From positions 96,001 through 160,000 of the IMG/VR virus record IMGVR_UViG_3300037483_000594: DNA of 64,000 nucleotides, one strand, 5' to 3'. The stretch is from a virus. A program made the position numbers and the translations under genes. The notes under the pieces are model-generated. The model saw only the letters and a program-made list of their open reading frames with translations. It was not told the DNA's origin and ran no database searches. Every line of letters begins with the position of its first letter. The first letter of the stretch is position 1. Of this stretch, positions 45,201 to 54,430 are shown one piece after another.

Positions 45201-48200
45201 ATGGCCGCAGCTATCCCAGAGCTTCTCCCGCCCGGAGTCACGTTTCGTCAAGAGTTCGAGGAGGAGGATCTTGTCACCGTCCTCCCTTCACTTCCTCCGG
45301 TTGTCGTTGGCGTGTGCAACGAGATCAACGAGCTGTACGACGCGGACGGCGCGCTGAACGCCGACGTGCTTGTCACGGGGCCTGCCCTCGCGACCGCGCC
45401 CAACGACGAGGCAAGCTACACCGTCATGGCCAGCTTGACCCTCGAGCTGCGCGTGAACGGTGGGGCGATCCAGACGTTCGAGTTCGCGGCGTCCGCCGGG
45501 ACCTTGACCGCCCAACAGGCCGCGTCGGCGATCAACGGGGCCTCCCCGGCCCCCATCGACTTCGCTGCCTACGTGTACGAGGACAGTGGCGGGCTGAAGC
45601 ACCTGCAGCTCAGGACGCTCGCCGCAGGCTCGTCCAAGACCATCCAGGTGCTCGGGGGCACGTCTCTCTCCAAGTTCGGTTGGGGAGAGGGGCAGACCTT
45701 CTACGGACTGGGCACCTACGTGCAAGACGACGTGTGGCTCAAACAAGAGGCCTTCCCGGACCCGAAGGCCATCGGCGCGGACTACCGCGACATCGACGAG
45801 GACTCGATCCGCGTGTTCCTCGACCTCGGCACCGTGGTCCCCGAGGTCCTGCGCACCCAGACCTTTCTCCGGAAGGGTGCTACCATCGCTATCCACAACG
45901 ACGGGGACGGAGATCAGCGCACCCCTTACGTTGACCTGAGCGAGAATCTGATCAGCGCAGCCTCTTCGGCAGCGGTCACCGGTATCGTCAACATCATTGC
46001 CACCCCCTCTCCGGTGCACGGGCGCACCCTCATCCTTCAGGTGGACGGTGGTGGGAAGCAGAGCGTGACCTTCGTGGGGCAGCCCATCCTCTCGGTGGAC
46101 ATGTCCGGATGGGTGGCGCAGTGGGCGGCCACGATCCAAAACGGAACGATGGTGTTCACGGTGAACGGGGTGACCGTTACCGTGACCTTCGGTGCCGGCA
46201 CTGCCACGATCGACGCGCTCATCACCGACATCAACACTCAGGCGGTAGCCACCGTGGGAGCCAACATCGCTTACCGGTGTGACGACCACGGCAAGGCCGA
46301 CGCCGGTGGTGGGTACGCCGGCTTCTTCTACGGGGCACTCCCGGCTACCACCGTGGTGGAGAACACCTCGGTTGTGGTCCCGGCGCAGGCACACGCCGCG
46401 GCAAACCTGGTCATGGGCGCGGCCACGGCGTTCACGCAGACCAACTGGGGTACGAAGCCCCACGCGGACTGGCCCATCGACTCCATCGTCACCCAGATCA
46501 ACGAGCTGTTCGACACCACCGTGGCCTCGATGTCGACGAACTTCCTGCGGTTGACCAGCCCGGGGCGCGGGTACGAGTCCAAGATCGAGATCGACACAGC
46601 GAGCTCGGCGGTGGGCGCCCCCCAGCCGACCCCGGTGACCCTGCTCGGTCTCGACATCGGGGCCACCAACGTCTTCTACGGCAACCCCTTCCCGGTGCGG
46701 GTAGGGGACAGCCTGTACGCCGGAGGTGCCTTCCTCGGGAACGTGCTCGAGGTGCACTCTGGCGCGGTCTCCGGAAGGCTTCGCCTCGACACCGAGGTCT
46801 TGATCACCGCAACCTGGTCGTCCTGGTACATCATCGCCAAAAACCTGAACGCGTTTTCGTCCTCGGCATGGGGCGTGACCGTGCCCACGCCGGACCTGAT
46901 CCTGGACTCGAACAACGACGTGTTGGTGAAGCACGACATCGTTCGGGACATCACCGGGACCGCCGTGGAGACGGTCTCGGCCTCGATGTACGTGATCTTC
47001 ACAGCCCTGCGGAAGGACGTGACCGCGCAGGGGAACAACACCGAGCTGGTGACCTACGCTGACGAGACGTCGTTGGCTGCGGCGCTCGGCCCACTCACCC
47101 CCGAGAACCCCCTGGGGTACGGGATGTGGCTGGCCATGCAAGAGGCGCCCACCGTGTCGGTCTACGGTCTGGGGGTCGCGGACAAGAGCGAGGACTATCC
47201 GGAGGGAACCCTGGAAGGGTTCACCGAAGCGTTCTCGTTCCTGGAGTCCAAGCCTGTCTACGCCATCGCAGCGTTGACCAGCCAGACGGCGGTGCACTCT
47301 GTGGGGAGCGTCCACGTCCAAGCGCTCAGCGCACCCACGGGGCGCAAGCCGTGTGTGTACGTGGGGCACGTGGACCGTCCTTCCGAACTGTCCCCGACCA
47401 TCGTCGGGAGCGGAAACGACGGTGACCTGATCCCCGGAGGGCCTCCCTGGACCTTCGACACCAAGCTCGTGACGCTGTCGCAGCTCCTGTTGGACGCGGA
47501 CGTGGACCCTGCGTCTATCACCGTGGCTGACGGGGTGTACCTCGACTTCGGGGACGACGCCCACCACTGGAACGTGACGGGGGCAGTGACCGCGGGCACG
47601 GTGCTCACTCTGAACTTCACCTTTGCTGCCGGAGAGAACGATGACGGCTACTACGCTGCACTGGCTGACCTCACGGTTGCCTTGCAGCAAGCGTTGGTCA
47701 GCGCGTCCTTCTCGGTCGTGATTCGTGGAGCGGCGGTGAGCAGCACCAATGACGAGGTGGTCACCCTTTACAACAACGGGAAGGCGTTGGGCACCCGAAG
47801 GGCGTGGCTGCTGTTCTGTGACCAGCTCAAGGCGACGGTGAACAGTGTCGAGCAGCTCATCCCGGGGTACTTCGCCCCTGCGCTCAAGGTCGGGAAGGTC
47901 GGCGGGAACGTGCCGGGTGCTCCCATGACCGGAGCTCCCTACGCGGTCGTCACCGACGCTACCGGTGTGGCCTCGGTGTTCACCGACTCGCAACTGAACA
48001 AGATCGCTGCTGGCGGGATCGACATCACCTGGGTCCCGGCAAAGGGAGCGGCTGTCCAGAGCCGCCACCAGCTCACCACCGACGTGACCACAGCGCAACG
48101 GGCGGAGCAGTCCATCACCGTAGCGCTCGACTACTGCGAGATCTTCGTGCGGACGAACCTCAGCCCACTGTCCGGAAGGTACAACCTCACCCCGACCAGG

Positions 48201-48386
48201 CTCGCGGCCTTCTCCGCGATCTTTGCCGGGCTCGCGCTGACCCTCGTGGACGTGCTGAAGGTGGTCGCCGCGGCCACGCCGTCTTCGATCACGCAGGACG
48301 CTTCTGACCCACGCAAGATGCGGGGAACGCTGCGTGTAACCCCGGTGTACCCAGGAAACGAATTCGATATCACCATGGTGATCTAG
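45201..48386 (+). CDS. contractile tail sheath protein with inserted domains
   Basis: N-terminal LLPPGVTFRQE; C-terminal QLNKIAAGG..SRHQLTTD..EQSI..LDY..GRYN..VTPVYPGNEF. Confidence 0.85.
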   Translation: MAAAIPELLPPGVTFRQEFEEEDLVTVLPSLPPVVVGVCNEINELYDADGALNADVLVTGPALATAPNDEASYTVMASLTLELRVNGGAIQTFEFAASAGTLTAQQAASAINGASPAPIDFAAYVYEDSGGLKHLQLRTLAAGSSKTIQVLGGTSLSKFGWGEGQTFYGLGTYVQDDVWLKQEAFPDPKAIGADYRDIDEDSIRVFLDLGTVVPEVLRTQTFLRKGATIAIHNDGDGDQRTPYVDLSENLISAASSAAVTGIVNIIATPSPVHGRTLILQVDGGGKQSVTFVGQPILSVDMSGWVAQWAATIQNGTMVFTVNGVTVTVTFGAGTATIDALITDINTQAVATVGANIAYRCDDHGKADAGGGYAGFFYGALPATTVVENTSVVVPAQAHAAANLVMGAATAFTQTNWGTKPHADWPIDSIVTQINELFDTTVASMSTNFLRLTSPGRGYESKIEIDTASSAVGAPQPTPVTLLGLDIGATNVFYGNPFPVRVGDSLYAGGAFLGNVLEVHSGAVSGRLRLDTEVLITATWSSWYIIAKNLNAFSSSAWGVTVPTPDLILDSNNDVLVKHDIVRDITGTAVETVSASMYVIFTALRKDVTAQGNNTELVTYADETSLAAALGPLTPENPLGYGMWLAMQEAPTVSVYGLGVADKSEDYPEGTLEGFTEAFSFLESKPVYAIAALTSQTAVHSVGSVHVQALSAPTGRKPCVYVGHVDRPSELSPTIVGSGNDGDLIPGGPPWTFDTKLVTLSQLLLDADVDPASITVADGVYLDFGDDAHHWNVTGAVTAGTVLTLNFTFAAGENDDGYYAALADLTVALQQALVSASFSVVIRGAAVSSTNDEVVTLYNNGKALGTRRAWLLFCDQLKATVNSVEQLIPGYFAPALKVGKVGGNVPGAPMTGAPYAVVTDATGVASVFTDSQLNKIAAGGIDITWVPAKGAAVQSRHQLTTDVTTAQRAEQSITVALDYCEIFVRTNLSPLSGRYNLTPTRLAAFSAIFAGLALTLVDVLKVVAAATPSSITQDASDPRKMRGTLRVTPVYPGNEFDITMVI

Positions 48387-48411
48387 TTCCGCAAAAGAAG
48401 GAGCAAAAGAG

Positions 48412-49128
48412 ATGTCACTCGCAAGTTGGGACCCAATGAACCACCTGGTACAAGGTGGGCTGCGGAACGGGCGGTATGTCAACGGAGGGTTGACCCTGAT
48501 CGCTGCCGGACCCCCGGAGCTGTCAACCATGGCTGCGCTGGCGAGCGCGCTGGGGTCGTCGGAGACCTCTCACTCTGACATCGTGTGGCCCCTGGGCATC
48601 ACGCAGAGCGCCGGGATCTCGCAACAGCGCCAGTTCTCCAGGATCTACGAGCTCGGCTCCGAGCGCTCCATCTGGGTGGCCGGGCGGACCATGGGGTCGT
48701 TGAACATCGCGCGTATCTGGGTGGACGGGCCGTCGATGCTGCGGGCGCTGTATGCCTACTACCAGGACCTGCTGCCCCCCACGCAGGTGCCATGGCTGTT
48801 TCCGAACCAGGCGGCTACCGCGCTGGCGAACCCGCACAACGTGCGTATCCCCCCGGGGTACGAGAACCTGTACCTGAACCTCGGGAGCGACCTGTTCACG
48901 CAGCCTATCGGGTTCATGCTCATGACCCTGAACTCGAACCTGCAGACGATGGGCGTCGTGTACCTGGAGAACAGCGTGGTCCCCCAGCACCAGTGGGCAA
49001 CCGATGCTCAGGGAACGCTGGTCCAGGAGTCGGCTGGTATTCAGTACGAAAGAATGGTACCAGTTAACGTAAGCGCGGTGCCTGTGATCACCGGTGAGGA
49101 AGAAACCACTGCAGCTCTGGCAGCATGA
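48412..49128 (+). CDS. tail tube protein
   Basis: Follows the sheath gene; LGITQSAGISQQRQFSRIYELGSER..ESAGIQYE. Confidence 0.75.
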   Translation: MSLASWDPMNHLVQGGLRNGRYVNGGLTLIAAGPPELSTMAALASALGSSETSHSDIVWPLGITQSAGISQQRQFSRIYELGSERSIWVAGRTMGSLNIARIWVDGPSMLRALYAYYQDLLPPTQVPWLFPNQAATALANPHNVRIPPGYENLYLNLGSDLFTQPIGFMLMTLNSNLQTMGVVYLENSVVPQHQWATDAQGTLVQESAGIQYERMVPVNVSAVPVITGEEETTAALAA

Positions 49129-49886
49129 GGCCTTTCGTGGCTGATCCACTCATTGATTTTCTGGTACAAGAGAGCCTTCGGTACTGCCAGAAGGTGGCGG
49201 CCTACCAGACCAAGGCTGTGGCAGCGCAGCGCATCGGGGCGGCGCAGGTCAAGACCGCCGCACCTTTTGCACGAGGACTGGTAAGCCGGCTGCTCCCCCG
49301 TCGCGCCAACACCCTGTTGCGTGGCCCTGGTGTAAACAAGGTGCAGACGTCGCCGGGGGTGTTCGCGCGTTCCGTGTCACCCACAGCGTCCACGGTGGCG
49401 AAGCCTCGCACGGCGGTGAGTACGCCGATGTCGTCCACGGCGAACACAGTGGCAGGCACTCCGGCGGCCATGGGGCCTTACCGTGCGGCCCCACCACCCT
49501 CCGGAAAGACCCCCCTTCCGACCCCACCACCCCCAATGCAGAACCCTCCGGTTCCGGCGGCACCTCCCAAGCCGCTTGTGACCAACGAGGAGTTGGCCGC
49601 GGCGCAGCAACGTGGGCGGGACAGGGCTGCCCAGAACGCTGGGTACGCGGACTCGGCGTCATCTCCGCAGTCCGTGGCAGACGCGCAGAACATGGCAGCG
49701 GCCAAGGCACCAAAGCGCAAGGGGTGGAGCCCGTGGGGGACCGCTGCTGTCGTCAGCTCTCTGGGTCTCCCGCTTCTCGGCGGAGCTGCCTTACTAGGGA
49801 CGCAAGCTCTGACTCAGCGCCCCCCGGGCTCGTACCAGTTTGGTGGTGGGGCGCCGGCTCCTTGGATGTCTCCGCAGCAGATGTGA
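49125..49886 (+). CDS. Pro-rich protein with C-terminal hydrophobic helix
   Basis: QKVAA/VKTAA leader; C-terminal AAVVSSLGLPLLGGAALLG. Confidence 0.55.
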   Translation: MRPFVADPLIDFLVQESLRYCQKVAAYQTKAVAAQRIGAAQVKTAAPFARGLVSRLLPRRANTLLRGPGVNKVQTSPGVFARSVSPTASTVAKPRTAVSTPMSSTANTVAGTPAAMGPYRAAPPPSGKTPLPTPPPPMQNPPVPAAPPKPLVTNEELAAAQQRGRDRAAQNAGYADSASSPQSVADAQNMAAAKAPKRKGWSPWGTAAVVSSLGLPLLGGAALLGTQALTQRPPGSYQFGGGAPAPWMSPQQM

Positions 49887-50256
49887 TATCGAGGTGCTTC
49901 CACCAGTCGTCCAGTCCCTTCTGGGGCGGTTTGAAAAGCGTCACGCGCTTTTGCTTGGCGGGCTTGTCGACCCCCTTCTCGTAAGCCTCGACAAGGTCAA
50001 ACAGGTCGTCTTCGTGGAGCTGCCCTTTCTCCGCGAGTTCTAGTGCTTCTTCCCCCTTCTTGTTCCAGAAGTCTTCCTGCTTTGCCTTCTTCAGAAAGTC
50101 CTCGGGGGACATGTGGAACCGCTGCTCAAACCGTGACTTCTGCGGGCGCTCTTCTGGCGGAGGGGCCACCAGCTTCCGCTTCCCGGGGCGGATGTAGGCG
50201 CGCAGCTCTCGCAGCGACAGGGTAGGGGGCGGGGGGCCGTTCCAAAAGTCAGTCAT
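49753..50256 (-). CDS. hypothetical protein
   Basis: Last gene of a minus-strand trio; 3' end overlaps the opposing gene. Confidence 0.45.
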   Translation of the reverse strand: MTDFWNGPPPPTLSLRELRAYIRPGKRKLVAPPPEERPQKSRFEQRFHMSPEDFLKKAKQEDFWNKKGEEALELAEKGQLHEDDLFDLVEAYEKGVDKPAKQKRVTLFKPPQKGLDDWWKHLDITSAAETSKEPAPHHQTGTSPGGAESELASLVRQLRREAGDPES

Positions 50257-50506
50257 CTTCACTCCAAAGGGACGCCAGGGGGTCCACGTACCTGTCTAGC
50301 GCAAGCTGCTCCGGCAGCGGCCGGGCGTACCTGGTGATACGTTTGTAGTCCAAGAGCCAGAGTAACAGCACGACAAGCACCTCCTGCCTCGAGAAGGAGC
50401 GGCCTTCGGGATCGAGCATGGTCAGGTGTCTCCGCACTTTGTCGAGCCGCTTGGCCAGGGCCACGGGCACCTTCACGCTGATAGTGACGTGCGTGTCCGG
50501 AGGCAT
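50249..50506 (-). CDS. ribbon-helix-helix-like DNA-binding protein
   Basis: VTISVKVPVALAKRLDK..SRQEVL. Confidence 0.55.
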   Translation of the reverse strand: MPPDTHVTISVKVPVALAKRLDKVRRHLTMLDPEGRSFSRQEVLVVLLLWLLDYKRITRYARPLPEQLALDRYVDPLASLWSEDD

Positions 50507-50961
50507 CAGCCGCCCTCCAAGAGCTGCTCAACGTCGTCGACATCAAGCATCGGGGACCCTGGGGTCTGTTTCCAGTCGGAGTACACTGGTACCTTCATGG
50601 CCTTTTCGTTTTCTCGGATCATTGTAGCCGCGAGTAACAGCTCCTCGACGAAGTTTAGCCAGCACGGGATGCCCAGGAGCTGCATGCTGAGCCCGACCCT
50701 GTCCGGAGTGCTGGACAAGATCGTCAGGTTGAGAGTGGTCTGGACCACCGAGATGCGTGGGTCCTTGCCCACCTGCACAAACGGGGCAGAGGTCTTCTCC
50801 GTGTGCTGGCGGTAGCTGTCCACCAGGTCAAGAACGCTCGCCGCCACGGTTTCGCACCCCGTGGCTCCGTGGAGTACAAAACCGCCCAGAGCACCCTCAC
50901 GCCGGGTAACAGCGGGGCTGATCACCGCCCTGTTGCCAGTAACCTGTACAAAGTTGGCCAT
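50506..50961 (-). CDS. hypothetical protein
   Basis: GAGG RBS, coupled to the next gene. Confidence 0.55.
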   Translation of the reverse strand: MANFVQVTGNRAVISPAVTRREGALGGFVLHGATGCETVAASVLDLVDSYRQHTEKTSAPFVQVGKDPRISVVQTTLNLTILSSTPDRVGLSMQLLGIPCWLNFVEELLLAATMIRENEKAMKVPVYSDWKQTPGSPMLDVDDVEQLLEGG

Positions 50962-51058
50962 GCCTCATGTTTAGCAAGTATCTGCACCAACTTCCAGCGT
51001 ACTGATCATTTCTGTAAGAACTGATCAAACTTTGCTATAAGTTTGCTGAGGGTTTTAG

Positions 51059-51304
51059 ATGGTAATCATCTGCCGAAGTTGTCAACGACCGCTGTACGAG
51101 AACAACAAGGTTGACCATCTTTTTGCTGGGGCGGTGGTGGAGCAAGAGCACTTCACCCCCCTCGAAGGAGTTGGCGCCGTAGATCTGGAGGTATGCGCGT
51201 TCTGCGGAGGAGAAGTGGTGTACGTGGACAAGCTGCAGCATGTTTTTTTCATGGTTGAGGGTGGCCTTTGGTGGCCCTCGTTGCCGCGGGAGACTCTGGC
51301 GTGA
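51059..51304 (+). CDS. small Zn-binding protein
   Basis: CRSC..CAFC; TGCTATAAG upstream. Confidence 0.5.
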   Translation: MVIICRSCQRPLYENNKVDHLFAGAVVEQEHFTPLEGVGAVDLEVCAFCGGEVVYVDKLQHVFFMVEGGLWWPSLPRETLA

Positions 51305-51684
51305 CGGAAAAGTCGTTGGAGCTCCGGCGGCGGTTGGCCGCTGCTCGGGAGCGTTACAACGGAAGCGTCCCGGAGGCTGCGGTATCCGGAAGGCAGTGCA
51401 GGGTGGTGCGGGAGCCACTGCCGGTCTTGGCGGCTTTGTCGGGGGTAAAGCTTTCTTTTCTCCAAGAAAGGGTCCTCAACTGGTTTACCGGTAAGAGCGG
51501 TGCGTACTCGGTGCGAGAGATCGCGGAAGGGGTGCTCGACAGTGTGGCCCTCTCCGCAGTCCGAGAGGACAAGGAAACTGGGTACCGTGACCTCTCGGGG
51601 CCGCGCGCCGTGCGGAACGGGCTTCGTAGGCTCGTCAAGCTCGGCTATCTTCACAAGGAAGGGGCGAGGTTTAGGAGCGTATGA
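51301..51684 (+). CDS. winged-helix DNA-binding protein (putative)
   Basis: LSFLQERVLNW..SVREIAE..RAVRNGLRRLVKLGYLHKEG. Confidence 0.6.
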   Translation: MTEKSLELRRRLAAARERYNGSVPEAAVSGRQCRVVREPLPVLAALSGVKLSFLQERVLNWFTGKSGAYSVREIAEGVLDSVALSAVREDKETGYRDLSGPRAVRNGLRRLVKLGYLHKEGARFRSV

Positions 51685-52106
51685 GTCAGGACGTCGACCT
51701 ACGGGTCATTGACTACGAGAAGCTTATTAAAGCGCTGCACCAGGTCATTCCGGAACACGGAGACAGCGAGCGCTCCGCGAGGATCGAGAGGGTCGACTTC
51801 ATTCTCGACAAGGTCACGTCGGGGATCGTCATGCAGGAGGGGAAGCGGTGGTGCATCGTTCTGAACAACGAGCACCTGGACGGCTACGAGGAGAACCCGT
51901 GGCATGAGTTGAGCACCCTGTTGTGCAAGGCACTGGGTGTCGAGGAGGACGCCAGCTTCAGGAGCAGCACTTACGACGACGAAGTTTTCGAGGTTCTTCT
52001 CGACTCCGCGGAGGACCTTGTAAGCTCGGTCGAGGACCCCGAAGCTCTGGTTGCGGAGATGGACCAGTGCTTGCCGCTTCCGAAGTCAGGGAGTGTGCAG
52101 ACGTGA
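51681..52106 (+). CDS. acidic hypothetical protein
   Basis: Coupled ORF with AGGAG RBS. Confidence 0.55.
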   Translation: MSQDVDLRVIDYEKLIKALHQVIPEHGDSERSARIERVDFILDKVTSGIVMQEGKRWCIVLNNEHLDGYEENPWHELSTLLCKALGVEEDASFRSSTYDDEVFEVLLDSAEDLVSSVEDPEALVAEMDQCLPLPKSGSVQT

Positions 52107-52331
52107 ACATTCTAACCTCGGCGCTGCTTGATAGGGGCCTGGCCTGTATCGCTGACGGAGGGTCTGCACACAGGTACTTCATCCGGGCGTTCGGCCCAGG
52201 GAGCCCCGATTACATGTACCCCCACGAGGTCCGAAGGCTGGTGCGTGGAGCGGAGGCCGTGCTCAAGGGTGTCCCTGCTAGCGGGGTGTGTAGCGAAGGG
52301 CGAGCGTCCTTTTTCGCAGCAGGAGGGCCCT

Positions 52332-52772
52332 ATGCCAAAGCTTCCTGACGAACGGTGTGGTGTCACCCACAAGTTTTCGATCGCTGGGCACGAGGGGTAC
52401 CTCACCGTCAACACCTTTGACGACGGCACCCCCGGAGAGATCTTCATCGTGATGGCAAAGGTGGGGTCCTCCCTGTCCGGGTTCGTCGACAGCTTTGCCA
52501 TGGCCACCAGCATGCTCCTGCAGAGCGGGACCCCCCTGCAAGAGCTGGTCGACAAGTTCTCGTACACGCGCTTCGAGCCCGCGGGGTACACCACCAACAG
52601 CAGTATCCCGCAGGCGACCTCCGTGCTCGACTACGTGTTCCGGTGGTTGGCCCAACGGTTCTTGGAGCCTTGCCTCGAGCCAAAAGAGTCAGAGTCGGCA
52701 CCCCCCTGCCCCGTCTGTGGCACGCTGTTGCTCCGGGCAGGGGACTCGTTCACGTGTCCAACCTGCAGATAG
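52332..52772 (+). CDS. stand-alone TSCPD domain (class II ribonucleotide reductase C-terminal part)
   Basis: LPDER.GVTHKFSIAGHEGYLTV..DGTPGEIFI.MAK.GS..RFEPAG..ATSVLDYVFRWL; CPVC..CPTC. Confidence 0.85.
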   Translation: MPKLPDERCGVTHKFSIAGHEGYLTVNTFDDGTPGEIFIVMAKVGSSLSGFVDSFAMATSMLLQSGTPLQELVDKFSYTRFEPAGYTTNSSIPQATSVLDYVFRWLAQRFLEPCLEPKESESAPPCPVCGTLLLRAGDSFTCPTCR

Positions 52773-52781
52773 GAGCGAAAA

Positions 52782-53789
52782 ATGTCCATGATCTCGCACG
52801 ACGCGTTACGCGTCCTTGCGCGCGCCAATGTTCCTGCTGTCGTATTGTACCACTCGGCCGACAACGACGGGAAGCTCAGCGGCTACCTCTCCGCTCGGCT
52901 GCTGCAAGCCCTGGGCTTTTGCGTCCGCGCATTTGGTGTGAACTACGGTGAGTACGACTATGTCGCACTGCGTCGCTATTGCCACGGGGCTGTGGTGATG
53001 TTGGTCGACTTCAGTTTCAAGGCCGAGGAGATGGTAGAGCTGACCCGGGTGTCCCGCAGCTTCATCTGGGTCGATCACCACGCGTCCTCTGCCCCTTTGG
53101 TTGGAAGCGTGGCCTCTTCCTGGGTGCACGCTACCGAGTTGGGGAGAAAGGTAGCAGCTTGCCAACTGGTCTCTGAGTTGCTGCGTGGGTCTGGGGTTCA
53201 TGTGACGACGCAGGTGGTTGATCTCGTGGACGCATGGGACACGTGGAAGACTCAGGGTCCTTTCTGGGACACGGAGGACCCGGCCTACCTTTTTCACTGT
53301 GGGTTGAGTGAGCAGGACACCAGCCCTTTTGTCCCTCTTTCGACAGAGGAGCTGGACGTCGCGCACAGCCTGGGGTGTTCGGCCGAAGAGTTGGATGTGG
53401 AGTGCAGTCCTTTTTGGACGGCACTCCTTACCGAGAATGAGGAAGTCTCCGACACTATCGAGCAAGGCCGTCAGGTGGCCGCGAGGTTCGAGCGCGAAAA
53501 CGAACGGTTGGTACAAGAGGCGTTTACCCTGCACTGGGAAGAGCGCACGTGGTTGGCAATCAACGCCAACATCCCAGGCTCCCAGGTGTTCGCCAAGGTG
53601 TTTGACCCCCAGCGGCACGACTCCATGCTGTCGTTTGCGTACTCTCCGCAGGCAAAAGCCTGGAAGGTCCACCTACGCGCCTACGACGAGGTAGCATTCC
53701 CCGTTGACAAGATCGCTGTACAGTACGGAGGCGGAGGGCACCGTGGTGCCGCCGGGTTCGCGTGCAAACAACTCCCGTTCGTGCTGTGA
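52782..53789 (+). CDS. DHH/DHHA1 phosphoesterase (NrnB-like)
   Basis: YHSADNDG, LVDFS, WVDHH, GGGGHRGAAGF. Confidence 0.88.
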   Translation: MSMISHDALRVLARANVPAVVLYHSADNDGKLSGYLSARLLQALGFCVRAFGVNYGEYDYVALRRYCHGAVVMLVDFSFKAEEMVELTRVSRSFIWVDHHASSAPLVGSVASSWVHATELGRKVAACQLVSELLRGSGVHVTTQVVDLVDAWDTWKTQGPFWDTEDPAYLFHCGLSEQDTSPFVPLSTEELDVAHSLGCSAEELDVECSPFWTALLTENEEVSDTIEQGRQVAARFERENERLVQEAFTLHWEERTWLAINANIPGSQVFAKVFDPQRHDSMLSFAYSPQAKAWKVHLRAYDEVAFPVDKIAVQYGGGGHRGAAGFACKQLPFVL

Positions 53790-54331
53790 TGGAACTCGGT
53801 ATCGACGAGGCCGGGCGTGGCTGCTGGGCCGGGCACATGGTTGTGGCCTTGGCCGCGGTGCCGGAGGGCACCGTTATCCCGGGGGTTCGCGACTCCAAAA
53901 AGATCAGCAGTGCGGAGAGGAGGGGGCTGCGCAACCTCCTCATAGCAGACCTCCCCTTCTGGGCGGTGCACTGCAGCTCTCCGCAAGACATCGACGCCCT
54001 CGGGCTCGGGGTATGCTGGGACAAGGCAGTGCGTGGTCTGGTCGAAGTGGCACGCAGGTTCTTTCCGGACAAGATCATCGTGGACGGCAATGTCGTACCC
54101 AAGGGGCTCCACAACGTTGTCTCTGTCGTGCGTGCCGACTCCCTGTACCAGTCCGTGGCCGCTGCCTCCATCATCGCCAAGGTCCTGCACGATGGCCTGC
54201 TCTCCGGGCATGCCTTCCCGGCCTTCTCCTTCGACAAGCACCAAGGCTACGGTACCCAGGCCCACCGCAAAGAGCTCCTTGCCAACGGACTCACCCCTTT
54301 GCACAGAAAATCCTTTGTGCACTTTCTCTGA
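53789..54331 (+). CDS. rnhB: ribonuclease HII
   Basis: GIDEAGRG, RDSKK, VDG, SVAAASIIAKV, KHQGYGT..H, HRKSF. Confidence 0.92.
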   Translation: MELGIDEAGRGCWAGHMVVALAAVPEGTVIPGVRDSKKISSAERRGLRNLLIADLPFWAVHCSSPQDIDALGLGVCWDKAVRGLVEVARRFFPDKIIVDGNVVPKGLHNVVSVVRADSLYQSVAAASIIAKVLHDGLLSGHAFPAFSFDKHQGYGTQAHRKELLANGLTPLHRKSFVHFL

Positions 54332-54360
54332 AAATAGGGTAACCCCCTATTTTCTTAGCT
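54330..54360 (+). terminator. intrinsic terminator
   Basis: GAAAATAGGG-TAACC-CCCTATTTTC-TTAGCT. Confidence 0.7.
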
Positions 54361-54430
54361 AGTTACGAGATAGGTGGCAACTTGCCACCTATCTCATTGA
54401 CTCTTCGGCGGTGCGGTGTACTATGGAGGC

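Noticed and set aside
45288-48530. 1080-aa minus-strand ORF
   Set aside because: Antisense shadow of the tail sheath gene; R/H/G-rich composition typical of reverse frames
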